A DNA stretch of 64,000 bases. It comes from Eledone cirrhosa (Eukaryota). Numbering within the stretch: the stretch's first letter is position 1; every line of letters starts with the position of its first letter. A program made the translations under genes and the position numbers. Below, piece by piece: positions 30,521 through 43,619 of this stretch. The notes below the pieces were generated by a model. That model did not search any database. It saw nothing but the letters and a program-made list of their open reading frames with translations, and was not told the DNA's origin. Where the stretch lies: positions 274,040,001-274,104,000 of the forward strand of contig OZ024743.1 in assembly GCA_964016885.1 (NCBI GenBank). The letters run 5' to 3'.

Positions 30521-32321
30521 CTATCCTGATATGCATATACCATTCTCTCTATCTCTATGTGCTCTACATCTAGGTTTGTGTAATTTTATATATTCAATCT
30601 CGTCCCGGACTATACATTTGATTGCTAGATTCCGTATCCGCTTCAACGGATTTTCAGTTGTTTGATCGACTTAAAACGTGTGACTCTTGCAATTAACGTG
30701 AAATTAACCAATATTTCACACATACATACTCTGAATGTAATTCTAATATTTGAACAGAATTAATGTCATACTGTGTGCCGAGATTGGATCATTGAATTAC
30801 AGGGACAGTCCTTCCGGCCGCTTCCCATTCATTTTCAATCTACTCAATTTCAATCACTGAACAAATATACATCTACGTGAAGCTCCACGCAATGTTATCA
30901 AAAACGGAACAATGTGATTTCAAAACTATCTTCGTAAAGGCGCGGTCTTTTTCAAATTAATTACTGAAGAAATTCACTATTTAGTATTATATGGTAAATT
31001 TAAGAAAATATGACGGGTTAGTTAAAATGTGTGGGAATTATTTATCAATATTTACCAATATATGAGAATTTATAACGTAAATGCTGCTGGCAAAATACTT
31101 TTAAGAACGATGGAAAATAAACGTAAATGTTTTAGATTTTGTGGATATTGAATTATCCTGTGTCATATTATGACTTGCAATATTTAACCATTTATTCATG
31201 TATCTCGTGTATTGATTTCAAATCCCCCGGAGATCAACTTTGATTTTCATAATTCCGTGACCCATAAACAATGTCCTTTGCAATATTTGTTACGGTTCTT
31301 TGTATTCTGAGTTTAAACATTGCCCTGGTGTACATGAGTATTAGAGCTAATCGACCGCCTAGTTTAACACAAAGACTTGCCCCTTGGGTACATGCAGCTG
31401 GGAGCTATCTGCTGCATTTGAAACAGGATATCTTAATCCCTTTCACCACCAGCCTCGGGAGCTATAAAACGCGAAATGGATCCTTTCCTTTCTCCTGACT
31501 AAGCAATAAATAGATATAGTTTGTACTTAATGATTCAAATTGCAATAGTATCAATTCCATTTACTACAGACAAATCTATAATCTGATAAGTGGGAACGAT
31601 TTTCGTTATCTAAGGAAAATAAACAACTGAGTTCAATTGAGATCTACAAAGTTCCATGTAGGTCATTGATACTGTTACGGATACCGAGTATAGATAATTT
31701 GCATAATCGTTAGAGCGTCGAAAGATAAGTCACCCTGCTATAGTGCGTTCTGTTCACTTGCGTTGTATGTTGTAATTTCTTTTGTTCTTGTTGGGTCATT
31801 AAATTAAAAGTGCCTATTTAGTATTGGAGTTAATGTAATAGAAGATTCCATCTTTTGTGCCATTTCTAGATATCAATGCTTCTGAAATGACCTGTTAATA
31901 ACCAAATGCTTTATTTGAAATATGATATATTCAAATTACCTTTGCCTTATAGTATTAGGCTCCTAGTCGTTACTACTCATTTTGTTTATGATTTATGGGA
32001 TAAACGATTGGAATGTTGGGTGCAAGAACTATAGAATACAGTATTATGGAAATGTATCTTTTATCTCACATATCTAATAGTTAAGTGTCTTCAATAAGAT
32101 ATGCCAATTGGTGGTTCACTATGTAATATAAAATGATACTTACACTGTAATGTCCAATTTATTCAACATGTTTAGGGTTCTCACAGGAATGAGCTGCAAT
32201 AAAGTTGATTCGCAATAGGGACACATTTACAAACGGTTAATCTCGAGAGAGCCAGTTTCTTCTAATTGATAATTTATGCAAAGAGATTCAGTGAATTACT
32301 GATGTAGGCACATACAAACAG

Positions 32322-32355
<34 letters not shown>

Positions 32356-32359
32356 TATA

Positions 32360-33400
32360 ATGAAATGACAGGAGGCTGGACTTGTGTAAATCCTTGAAAG
32401 GTTTATTATACTATGATCATTTCAATGGCCGGGTTCCGTATGAATCCGGTGATATCATCAGGTATTCGAAATATAATACAATAGATAAAATCCATGGGGC
32501 TGAAAATCAAAGACCGGAGGACGACCGCCATCCAGCATCTTCCACCTTTGCCGGTCGCCCTCAAGTGACGTGGCTAAAGCTTATAGTGTGCTACTACCGG
32601 TCAAATAGAGGAAAACAGAAAGGGAGGGGAACATAAGTCAGCGTTAATATCGTGCCACAAGAAAAAAAGAAAGAAGCGAGAAGAAGGGGGAAGGAAGAAA
32701 AGGAAGAAGAAGAAAAGTCAGGGTTAATGACCAGCTACAAGGAGAAAGATAGAAAGAGGAAGGAAGGTCGGTATTAATGTCAAACTACAGTCAGGCCAGG
32801 AATGTCAAAAAAAAATTATTCTAATGGACCCGTATCTTAACAACTACTACCGGTCAAATATAGGCAAACAAAAAGGGGGCGGAAGATAAGTCAGCGTTAA
32901 TATCATGCCACAAGAAGAAAGACAGAAAGAAGGGGGAAGAGAAGGAAGAAAGGGAAGAAGAAGAAAAGTCAGGGTTAATGGCTACAAGAAGAAAGACAGA
33001 AAGAAATAGTAAGAAAGTTCGGTACTAATGTCAGACTAGTCAGGCCAGGAATGGCGCGAAAAAAATATTTTCAAAGAGACCAGTATCTTAGCAGACGTAA
33101 ATATAGTGGGGTCTGTATGTTATAATGTGTGAGCAGAAGATTGGAACGTTACATTTTTGTTTAGATTTATAGGATGAAGTTAAAATATTAATCTTTAATA
33201 TTAACATTATAAAATTAAAGAAATTAGAAAATTGAAAGTTAAGCAGTTTAACATTTTTAGGGTTGCGGGGTTTAAGAAAAGAAAGAGTCTTTTAAGAAGA
33301 AACTTAAATTTTATTATAGAGTAAACATTATGTCTTTGTTTATCCGTTAAACAGCATGCAGCCACCACAGGCTTGCGCAGCCCATCTACTCCTAGTGATA
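32360..33400 (-). mobile_element. Probable PLE 3' remnant with HHR and two ~250-bp tandem units
   Basis: HHR 32408-32465; direct repeats ~32591-32840 and ~32843-33090 (ctactaccggtcaaat...gtatctta). Confidence 0.5.
32408..32465 (-). ncRNA. Type I hammerhead ribozyme, extended helix II class
   Basis: atac CTGATGA tatc accggattc-atacg-gaacccggc catt GAAA tgatca TA gtat. Confidence 0.75.
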
Positions 33401-33512
33401 TCGCGTAGCGAAAGATATGGAAATCAATTTTTCCGAGCACTCTAGGAATATATAACAGGCTTCAGGTGCGCCAGCGAGAACCAGCCCGCATCGTTAGGCC
33501 ATCCTTGTACAA

Positions 33513-36500
33513 TACAAATTCAGAAACGAAATATTGTAAGACTTAGCCAGGCTAACAAGATACTGAAAACCACCATGTTCTGTTGTCTACGAAAAACCAT
33601 AACATCTCGACAACTACACTTCATAAAAGAATGTGCCTCGTCCCGAGTTTAAACCAACACCATCAACACCGACGTAAGAAGATTACAACTCACCAAAAAA
33701 CAAGCAGATAGGCTAAAACGAACACTAATTCTAAACATAAAAAGAAGATCTATAGAGAATTAAGTCATCAAGAAAAACATAAGCGTAACCTAATACAAGA
33801 AATAGCTAGGATCACCACAGCAAGAGAGAAACTAATATTTATAAGCCTTATACGTCCTGAAGAACAGTACATTACTCAAGAATATGATAAGCACTTTAAC
33901 AAGAAACTAAAGTGGCTTAAGCAGATAAAGCTAAATCAGGATACTGTACCAATAGATATCCCGACAAAATTGATGGTATAAATATGGCCGACACCTCATT
34001 AACAGATGAGTTCAACAACAACAACAACACAAATATATACGGCAACACGGTATTAGATGACGATGAGTTATCTGTATTACTTCTACCACCGAAATTTGCG
34101 ACATTCAAGAAGGTAAATATGATTAGTTGTCTGTCAGAAATAGAAAAATCATTTACAAAACTACGTTGGAGCCTCAAAAACAAAAACAAAAACAAAAGTA
34201 ACAATATACGCACACACATATACAACACACATCCCAACAACAACAGACACACAGACACAAACAATAATAAAAACAACACACACACCAACAACAACAATAA
34301 TAACATACCCAGAAACAACAACAACAGACACGCAGACACAAACAACAATAACAACACACACAACAATAATAACACACACGGAGACAACAACAACACACAT
34401 CAACAACAGCACACATCAACAACAACACACACACATTCAATGCCTCTCACCGCCACCACAATCTTAACAAACACACAGACACAGAAAACAAGTAATGACA
34501 GTAGCACAGAAATCACAGAAATAAGGGAAAGTAATAGGATTAAAAGGAGAAGGGAGACTAAGGACAAAGAAAATAACCAAGACGAGCACACAGACACACA
34601 AAATAGGGTAGATAACAACAATGAGCAAGTGGAAAGAGACAGGAGTAATTATGAGAGACATAGAAACAACCATGAGGCTGTTGGTAGAAATAGAAATAGA
34701 AACAACACAACTAACAATAACAATAGCACTAGTACACATAAAGCAGCAGCCTGCAACTCTACTTTTTATAATCCCTCCGATAAATCGTTCGACCTGCGAC
34801 GAGTCCATGCCACGACTTTACCATTTAACAAACGCACGTAATTGCCGTCGCAGGTCGATGAACAAACAGAAGCACAATTTAGTATAGCTAGATCCGAACT
34901 TAGAAATATTATAGAACAGTATAGCAAGAAGCATAATAGAATGGAGGCCCAGCAACTGGGAGAAAAATCTGCAAATGGCTTACGTAAGCTCATGCAGCGC
35001 TCGCGTAATGGAGAGATAGCATGCTTTCCAACAGACAAGTCTGGCAGAATGTCGGTTGACAGCCTGCCAAACTACATCCAGGCAATGCAACCCCATATCA
35101 CTAACACAAGAGAGGTAACACCACAGGAGCATGAGGATAGAGAAAAAGCCATCAATGCCCATATGGTGATGTGGACGAATATAATGCAGCCCAACAAAAG
35201 GACTGCCAACAACTTCCAGGCCTGGAACAATGACGTGCCGGCGTTGTATGGGCTTCGAAAAGACCCTAAAACGGGCAGTGACCCTGTCACGGGACCACCA
35301 ACACGGCCAGTCTGTGGAGCTAACATTGCTAGTAACTACAGACTGTCCTACTTCCTCTCCCTGATCATACGCCCCATCATTGAAATGTCCCCAGATGTAT
35401 GTGACAGCACGGAGGACCTCCTCAGCAGAATCGGCGAGAGTAACCGATCTAGGGACCTAACAAACTGCATAATAGGTAGTATGGATGTTGTGTCCCTGTA
35501 TCCATCTATTGACGTAGATTTTACTGTGGAGAAATGCGTAGAAATGATCAGTGAGAACAATGTTGAGTTCCGTGGGATTGATACCAGTGAGCTGGGACTC
35601 CTACTTAAACTTACTTATACTAATAATTACCTAGACACATATGACCTTAGCAACCTGTGCCCTACAAGACCAGCAAGAGGCAGATCACCTACCATTACCT
35701 CTATGGCCAAGAAAACCCACACAGATAGATGGAACGGGTGGACCAGAGCCATACGGACACCCGAAAACCACGATGAACTGAAGAAAATGATTGCACATGC
35801 GGTAGCGGCCAGCATAAAACTAACCCCTAAGGAACGTATGTTCAAATTTAATGGAAAAACATATGCCCAAGAGGAAGGAGCAGCCATTGGTGTTAGCATT
35901 GCAGGCGACATAGCTAACTTATTCATGGTATGGTGGGACAGTAGACTTAAACTTAAACTTAAAGAACAACTAGAAGACCCCTTAACCCTGATAATGTACT
36001 CCCGCTACGTTGATGATATAAACATCGTCGTTAAGACACCCCCATTGGAGAACAGTCAGGAACTAGATAAAAACACAATGGAAAGCATCCAGCAAATAGC
36101 TAACTCCATCCACCAGAGTATTAGAGTTACTATAGACTACCCAAGTAAACACCCCAAACATCGATTACCTGTACTAGACACAGAGCTCTGGTTAGATACC
36201 ATTAATAACAAAAAACTAATCTCCATTCCCATTATGCCAAACCCATGACTTCCAAACATCTGATCCACCGAAACTCGGCCGTTTCGGACCATACCAAAAT
36301 CAACATACTGATTGCGGATTTGGTACGGGTGATGAGAAACGTGTCCCGCATGTGCAACCCCGAAGAACTAGAGAGACACATACAACACTTCATCCGCCGT
36401 ATGCAGTTCTCTGGCTACAATCAGAGAAATAAAATCAGAGTGTATAGAGGAGCCAGAACAAAATGGGAAAAAATGGTAAATAATGACATAAATGGGACCT

Positions 36501-36720
36501 GCCTCTTGTATAGAGCAAACTTTGGAATAGAATATAAAGAACTAGGAACAAGGCTAATATAATAAACTCATGGTATGATAGCAATAAATACCAGAGTGTA
36601 ATGTTCATCGATACAACCCCTAGAGGTGAATGACCATGACCATCCCAAAGTATAACAATATCGGTTTCAACACACGATTTCAGATAAAGAATCTTGCTAA
36701 ACAAATTCAGAAACGAAATA
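33513..36720 (+). mobile_element. Penelope-like element family A, near-complete N-terminus and RT; GIY-YIG and most of pLTR deleted
   Basis: PTDKSG, LYGLRKD, RPVC, SMDVVSLYPSI, GAAIG, YSRYVDD. In-frame TAA at 34839-34841 and frameshift near 36218. At 36630 the sequence jumps to the pLTR end (catcccaaagtataac). Confidence 0.93.
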
Positions 36721-36891
36721 TATATATGTGTATATATATATATACGTATATATGTATATATGTATATATATATGTATATATATATATGCGTATATAAATA
36801 TATATGTATATACATCTATATGTATATATATACCGTATATAAAAATATATATATGTATATATATATGTATATATATATATATGTATATATA

Positions 36892-36993
<102 letters not shown>

Positions 36994-37039
36994 CATATAT
37001 ATATATAATTATATATATATATACATGTATATATATATG

Positions 37040-37650
37040 CATGGTGGCTGCCAACTCGTTTTCGAGTACGGCCACTACTTTATATCCATGTAGGAGAACC
37101 CCTACCGATGCGCTGAACGCGTGTGACTTTTTAGTCCAGCCAGCGACTTGAAAACTCTGGTACAAACACTACACTTGTGACAATTACTGACACATAGTGC
37201 TGGGCCCATGGTACCATGTGACGACAAGTGCAGAGAGATCTCCAGATATAAAGCAATGCCTGTGCCGTGAAGCTTTTATAGTGAGCAAAGGCACTGCACA
37301 AAGCCAGTCCCACTCTCTTAACCAAGATGATATTTACCAAAAAGAAGAACAAGTCAACATCATTGGATACCATCAGGGTTGCAGGTGTTATATCAGAGTT
37401 TTCCTTCTCCTAGAATTCTGCCTTGACAAAGGCTAAGGGGTCATCTCTCCCGGTGATTTTGGATGGCCATTGACTCTTAAGAGCTCCTTTGCCCTTTGAC
37501 AGGTTTTGTTTTTAGTCCTGCAGGATGTCCAAAGTCACCCTCCTCACCAAGAAACCTTGGTGGGGTTGCCAGTTTAGTCGCCAACGACCCGACCATGGGA
37601 CAGGTTGTACTGGGATACATGTTACCAGTAGCACCAACTGGTGACCTGAC
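37040..37650 (-). repeat. Dispersed repeat (probable LINE 5' UTR), copy 2
   Basis: ggcgactaaac.ggcaaccccaccaag...ggtgaggagggtga.tttggaca shared with the 4160 copy; (TA)n on both sides. Confidence 0.7.
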
Positions 37651-37706
37651 ATATATATGCATATATGTATATGTACACACACACAACCACACACATCTTT
37701 TTCGGC

Positions 37707-37755
<49 letters not shown>

Positions 37756-37796
37756 AGTATAGAAATTGTTGTAGCGAGAAGCTAACAATATTCCAT

Positions 37797-37846
<50 letters not shown>

Positions 37847-37959
37847 GATAAATCTACCAAAATGTACGGTAGTGTCCAATCCGTATGAAGAACTCAATGT
37901 AATCCGAATATCATGAAAAGAGAAGATGTATTCAAAAAAATTTTTCGGTGAGCAATAAC

Positions 37960-39354
<1,395 letters not shown>

Positions 39355-39400
39355 AATATACACGGGTGTGTATGATTGTGTATAGAAGATTATATTAATC

Positions 39401-39619
39401 AGAGGAATTCCAACTTTGTCTGATTTACTCGTTTTATTTACAATCCTTTAAAATATATAATGGTATTATAATGAAATAGTATGATAGAATATTAAATTCT
39501 AAGTGTTAATTGAACACTTAGAATTTAATATTCTATCATACTATTTCATTATAATACCATTATATATTTTAAAGGATTGTAAATAAAACGAGTAAATCAG
39601 ACAAAGTTGGAATTCCTCT
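39401..39619. repeat. Perfect hairpin, 107-bp arms, 5-nt loop
   Basis: 39401-39507 is the reverse complement of 39513-39619; loop aattg. Confidence 0.95.
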
Positions 39620-39621
39620 TA

Positions 39622-39706
<85 letters not shown>

Positions 39707-40898
39707 ATATATGTATATATGTATACACACACACAACCACACGCACCTTTTTCGCCCACTGATATATATTTATACATAATTGGGCGAAGAAGATGTGTGT
39801 GTGCGGTACTATCATGGCTGCTCCACGCTATGATCAGTTACGGAAGAACACATCGATTGTCCGTTCTGTTTTGCATCCATTTTATTTTTTCATTTGAAAT
39901 ATGTTGAAATATTTAGTGTAAAAAATACGAATTTGTTTTGTTTCATTTGTCATTATTTGCTCTTTATATATTTCTATCGCATTGTACCAGATTTTTGACA
40001 TAATTATCAGTTATATGGTATCAACATTCAAACAGCTAATGAGAATCCTAACAAAATATTTATATTTAATTTACGTTTATGAAAAATCATAACCTAATAT
40101 TCACCTATTTTTACAAAATTTCTTTTTTTATTTATATGTGTTTGTTAATTAGTAATAACAATTTTTTTATGTACAAATTTATATCTTATTAGCAGTATCC
40201 AAAAGCTATGCATATATGATTAAGAAAATCTACATTTTGTCTTCTTCGGGCATTTATATAGTTCAAAATTTAAAATACAATATTTTCATATGAAATCTAA
40301 TTTAGTGTAAGGATTCACTGAGAAATTGATGTAACACATTAATTTCTTTTTGACAAACGGCAATTCTTTATGTAGTTTGAAATGTTTTTGTTTTGTAAGT
40401 TTGTTTGTTTGCTTCTTTTTAAAAAAACACTTGATATAACACACTGAATGTAGTTCATGTAAAAAAATGAGTCATGTTCTTTTTCTATTTAAAACAAAAC
40501 AACATTTCTTTGGGAGAAACGTAGGATCGTTTTCTCAAAAGAAAAATATATTTAACACCAAAATGTATTTATCTCACCCCAAAACATATATTAACGAATA
40601 AAACAAACATTATTGCATCTAGAATATTAACACAGTTTTAATTCGCAAACAGCGATATTTTTCTTGTATATAGATTTCAATCTGGAGAGTTGAGATCGCT
40701 TTTAAATTTGCAAAGAGATATAAATTTAAGCGAATAATGGAAATTGTTTTTGCCACTGACAAACATTATTATGACAGTAATTCTATTAAAGATTTTGAAT
40801 AGTACTAAACTATTTAGTTGAAAACTCGAATGGCCAACAGAAAATCAACATAAAATTTCTGAATAAGCAACTTACTATATATTTTTTCCATTTCTAAG

Positions 40899-41002
40899 GA
40901 TGCGCCAAATAAATGGGCCGGGAAATTACCTCAGGCAGCTTTAACAATTCTCCACCAACATGCTATACAAGGTGATGTCACTGATATTCAACAAGCTATC
41001 TG
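40899..41002 (+). CDS. BAIAP3: Next coding exon (104 bp, phase 0/2) of the same BAIAP3-family gene
   Basis: Acceptor ttttttccatttctaAG and donor TG|GTAAGT. Translates [34 protein letters not shown], matching the W.G.L...A.TIL..H..Q motif after C2A; phase is compatible with the previous exon. Confidence 0.85.
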
Positions 41003-41538
41003 GTAAGTTAATATAATTCTTCCATTACTTATAAGCTGAACGAAATCTATCTTCTTCCTAATATTTGAGGTAAATTTATTTGACTACACATATCAACACA
41101 TAGACATGCGATATTGAAGCCAGGCAGAGCAACATTAACATACACAAAACAGACGTAGATATATCTATCCCTTGTATTCGCTCAGGAACCAATATTACAT
41201 TATTTGAATCCTCTCATAACATGCTAACAACAGATTCTTTTCATTCTCAGCATACCATTCACAAATACTTCCTTATATTTTTCTTTTTTTCTGGGTGTAT
41301 TTCACTAATCACCTTATTAGATATGATAGCCTAAAGCATGGATAGTGGATTCCATCCATGTAATGATTATACATCAGTAACTACTAGGGTAACGCAAAGC
41401 ATTTATTTCAATACCATTGAATGAGATTTCAGAAAATGGTCTCTCTATTTTCGGTATATATTTCAAAAATGTATACGTTCAATCTCCAGTTAAGAAGTGT
41501 GAATTGAATTCTGAACATGTAGCACTGTTTAACTTTGA

Positions 41539-41593
<55 letters not shown>

Positions 41594-41794
41594 TATGTAC
41601 ACGTACATACATATATGTATACAGACGTACAGTAGTATGTATATATATTTACATACATGCACATATATATATATGTACGTATGGATTCACCGAACAGTTA
41701 TTATAATGCTCGGTGTGTTTGTAAACAAACATCCCGTATTAAACCGTAGTGTCTAGCAACCATCGTTGCTCGTATGTTCAACACTGACAAAGGA

Positions 41795-41837
41795 ACGCTG
41801 TACTAGTTTCAAGCTTATTAGCTATCGTCAGCAACGT
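41795..41837 (-). ncRNA. Minimal hammerhead ribozyme (family R)
   Basis: acgttg CTGACGA tagc-taataa-gctt GAAA ctag TA cagcgt. Confidence 0.82.
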
Positions 41838-42258
41838 ATACCTTCCTGCCAGATTGTTGAACGTATATACTTACTGTATGGATATTAACAGCTGAGAAAC
41901 CCAATTTGCATATCGAGTGGGTTAATCGGCCGGGTGCACCGAAAACGATAAACGAAAAAAATGAAACGAAATTTCATTTCCCACTCTTAGTACGGCTGTT
42001 ACTTAAATATAAGTATGTACACATACATACATATATGTGTACAGATGTATACATATATATACATACACGCACACATATATATATGTACGTATGGATTCAC
42101 CGATCATTTATTATAATGCTCGGTGTGTTTGTAAATAAACATCCCGTATTAAGCAGGTGCACCCGGCCGATTAACGCACTCGATATGCAAATTGGGCTTC
42201 TCAGCTGTTAATATGCATAAGGTAAGTATATACGTGCAACAATCTGGCAGGAAGGTAT

Positions 42259-42301
42259 ACGTTGCTGACGATAGCTAATAAGCTTGAAACTAGTACAGCG
42301 T
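42259..42301 (+). ncRNA. Minimal hammerhead ribozyme (family R)
   Basis: acgttg CTGACGA tagc-taataa-gctt GAAA ctag TA cagcgt; palindromic helix III ACTAGT. Confidence 0.82.
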
Positions 42302-42564
42302 TCCTTTGTCAGTGTTTAACAAACGAGCAACGATGGTTGCTGGACACTACGGCTTAATACGGGATGTTTGTTTACAAACACACCGTACATTATAATAAAT
42401 GTTCGGTGAATCCATACGTACATATATATATGTGTGCATGTATGTATATATATATATACATACTACTGTACGTCTGTATACATATATGTATGTACGTGTA
42501 CATACTTATATTTAAGTAACAGCCGTACTAAGAGTGGGAAATGAAATTTCGTTTCATTTTTTCC

Positions 42565-42604
<40 letters not shown>

Positions 42605-42689
42605 ATAATAATAAATTTTAAGACTAAAATCCAAGAGGGCTCGATAAGGATAAATATATATCAAATATATAAGAACCGTAGAGCAAATA

Positions 42690-43519
42690 TTTATTAAAAT
42701 AACAGATTAAAGTTTAAGCAAAGAATCGCTGCTTTCACCCTTAACGGGATCTTCTGAAACTAAAAAAGTCAATCTGTAAACGCAGAAGTGGATATTTCAA
42801 AAAACGTTGCAACCGGAGGAAGACAGGAAGACGATACTTTGGTTCGTGGAAACGTTCCCTGGCAAAGAACGGGAAAAAACGAATATAATACGTCATTAAT
42901 AGGAGCGGTGAAAAACAATTACGCGCAAAGACAGAACCACGTTTATGGTATAAAAGAAGTCGTAGACTAATGTTCTCTTAGGTGGTTCATAGAGACGTTC
43001 TCTGGCAATGAACGAAAAAAACGAAGATAATACGTCATATGTGGAGCGTGGCGAGCAATTGCACGCAAAGACATAACCACGTAAATGGTATAGCTGAAGT
43101 CGTAGACTAAATTCTAACTATGAAACCGAATGAATCTCCGCTTCAGAGTTAAGAATAAAGTAAATAAATACGATACAGAGGTAATTGAAATTAAATAAAT
43201 GCATACACGCATGCAAAAACATACATACACAAGCATACACAAAACACTTGCCATAGGTATACAAAACCACGCACATATAAATATGTGTGTGTGTGTGCGT
43301 GTATACAAATAAATAAATAATTAAATAAACGTATATAAATAAATAAATTCGTATATAACAAACGCACACACACACCTACATGTAAATACACAAATGTTCG
43401 GAGACGTAAATCAACCAAAACATGAAGTACACATATACACACACCCTACATACGTAAGATCCCGTTAAGGGTGAAAGCAGCAATTCTTTGCTTAAACTTT
43501 AATCTGTTATTTTAATAAA
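42690..43519. mobile_element. Element with ~64-bp inverted termini and two internal ~140-bp tandem units
   Basis: 42690-42753 is the reverse complement of 43456-43519; units end gaagtcgtagactaa at 42970 and 43110. Confidence 0.7.
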
Positions 43520-43619
43520 ATATATATTTAAAAGAATAGATGTGTAACACGCAAGTTATAATATATTGGTAAACGGAAAAGAAAATGCTGACAAATTGTT
43601 CACTGTGAAAAATAGTTTA

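Larger units (their letters stand above)
41590..42570. mobile_element. Family R: - strand ~1.3 units (420-bp period) fused to an inverted + strand unit
   Basis: aagtatgtacac at 41591 and 42011; 41590-41940 is the reverse complement of ~42157-42510; two HHRs in opposite orientation; (TA)n on both sides. Confidence 0.8.

Noticed and set aside
34839-34841. In-frame TAA between two PLE ORFs as programmed readthrough
   Set aside because: This copy has other disablements (frameshifts, large deletion), so a point mutation is the simpler explanation; no second copy covers the site.
37480-37650. HDV-like ribozyme at the 5' end of the putative LINE UTR
   Set aside because: Local hairpins exist, but I could not assign the nested double pseudoknot by eye; it needs an RNArobo or Infernal search.
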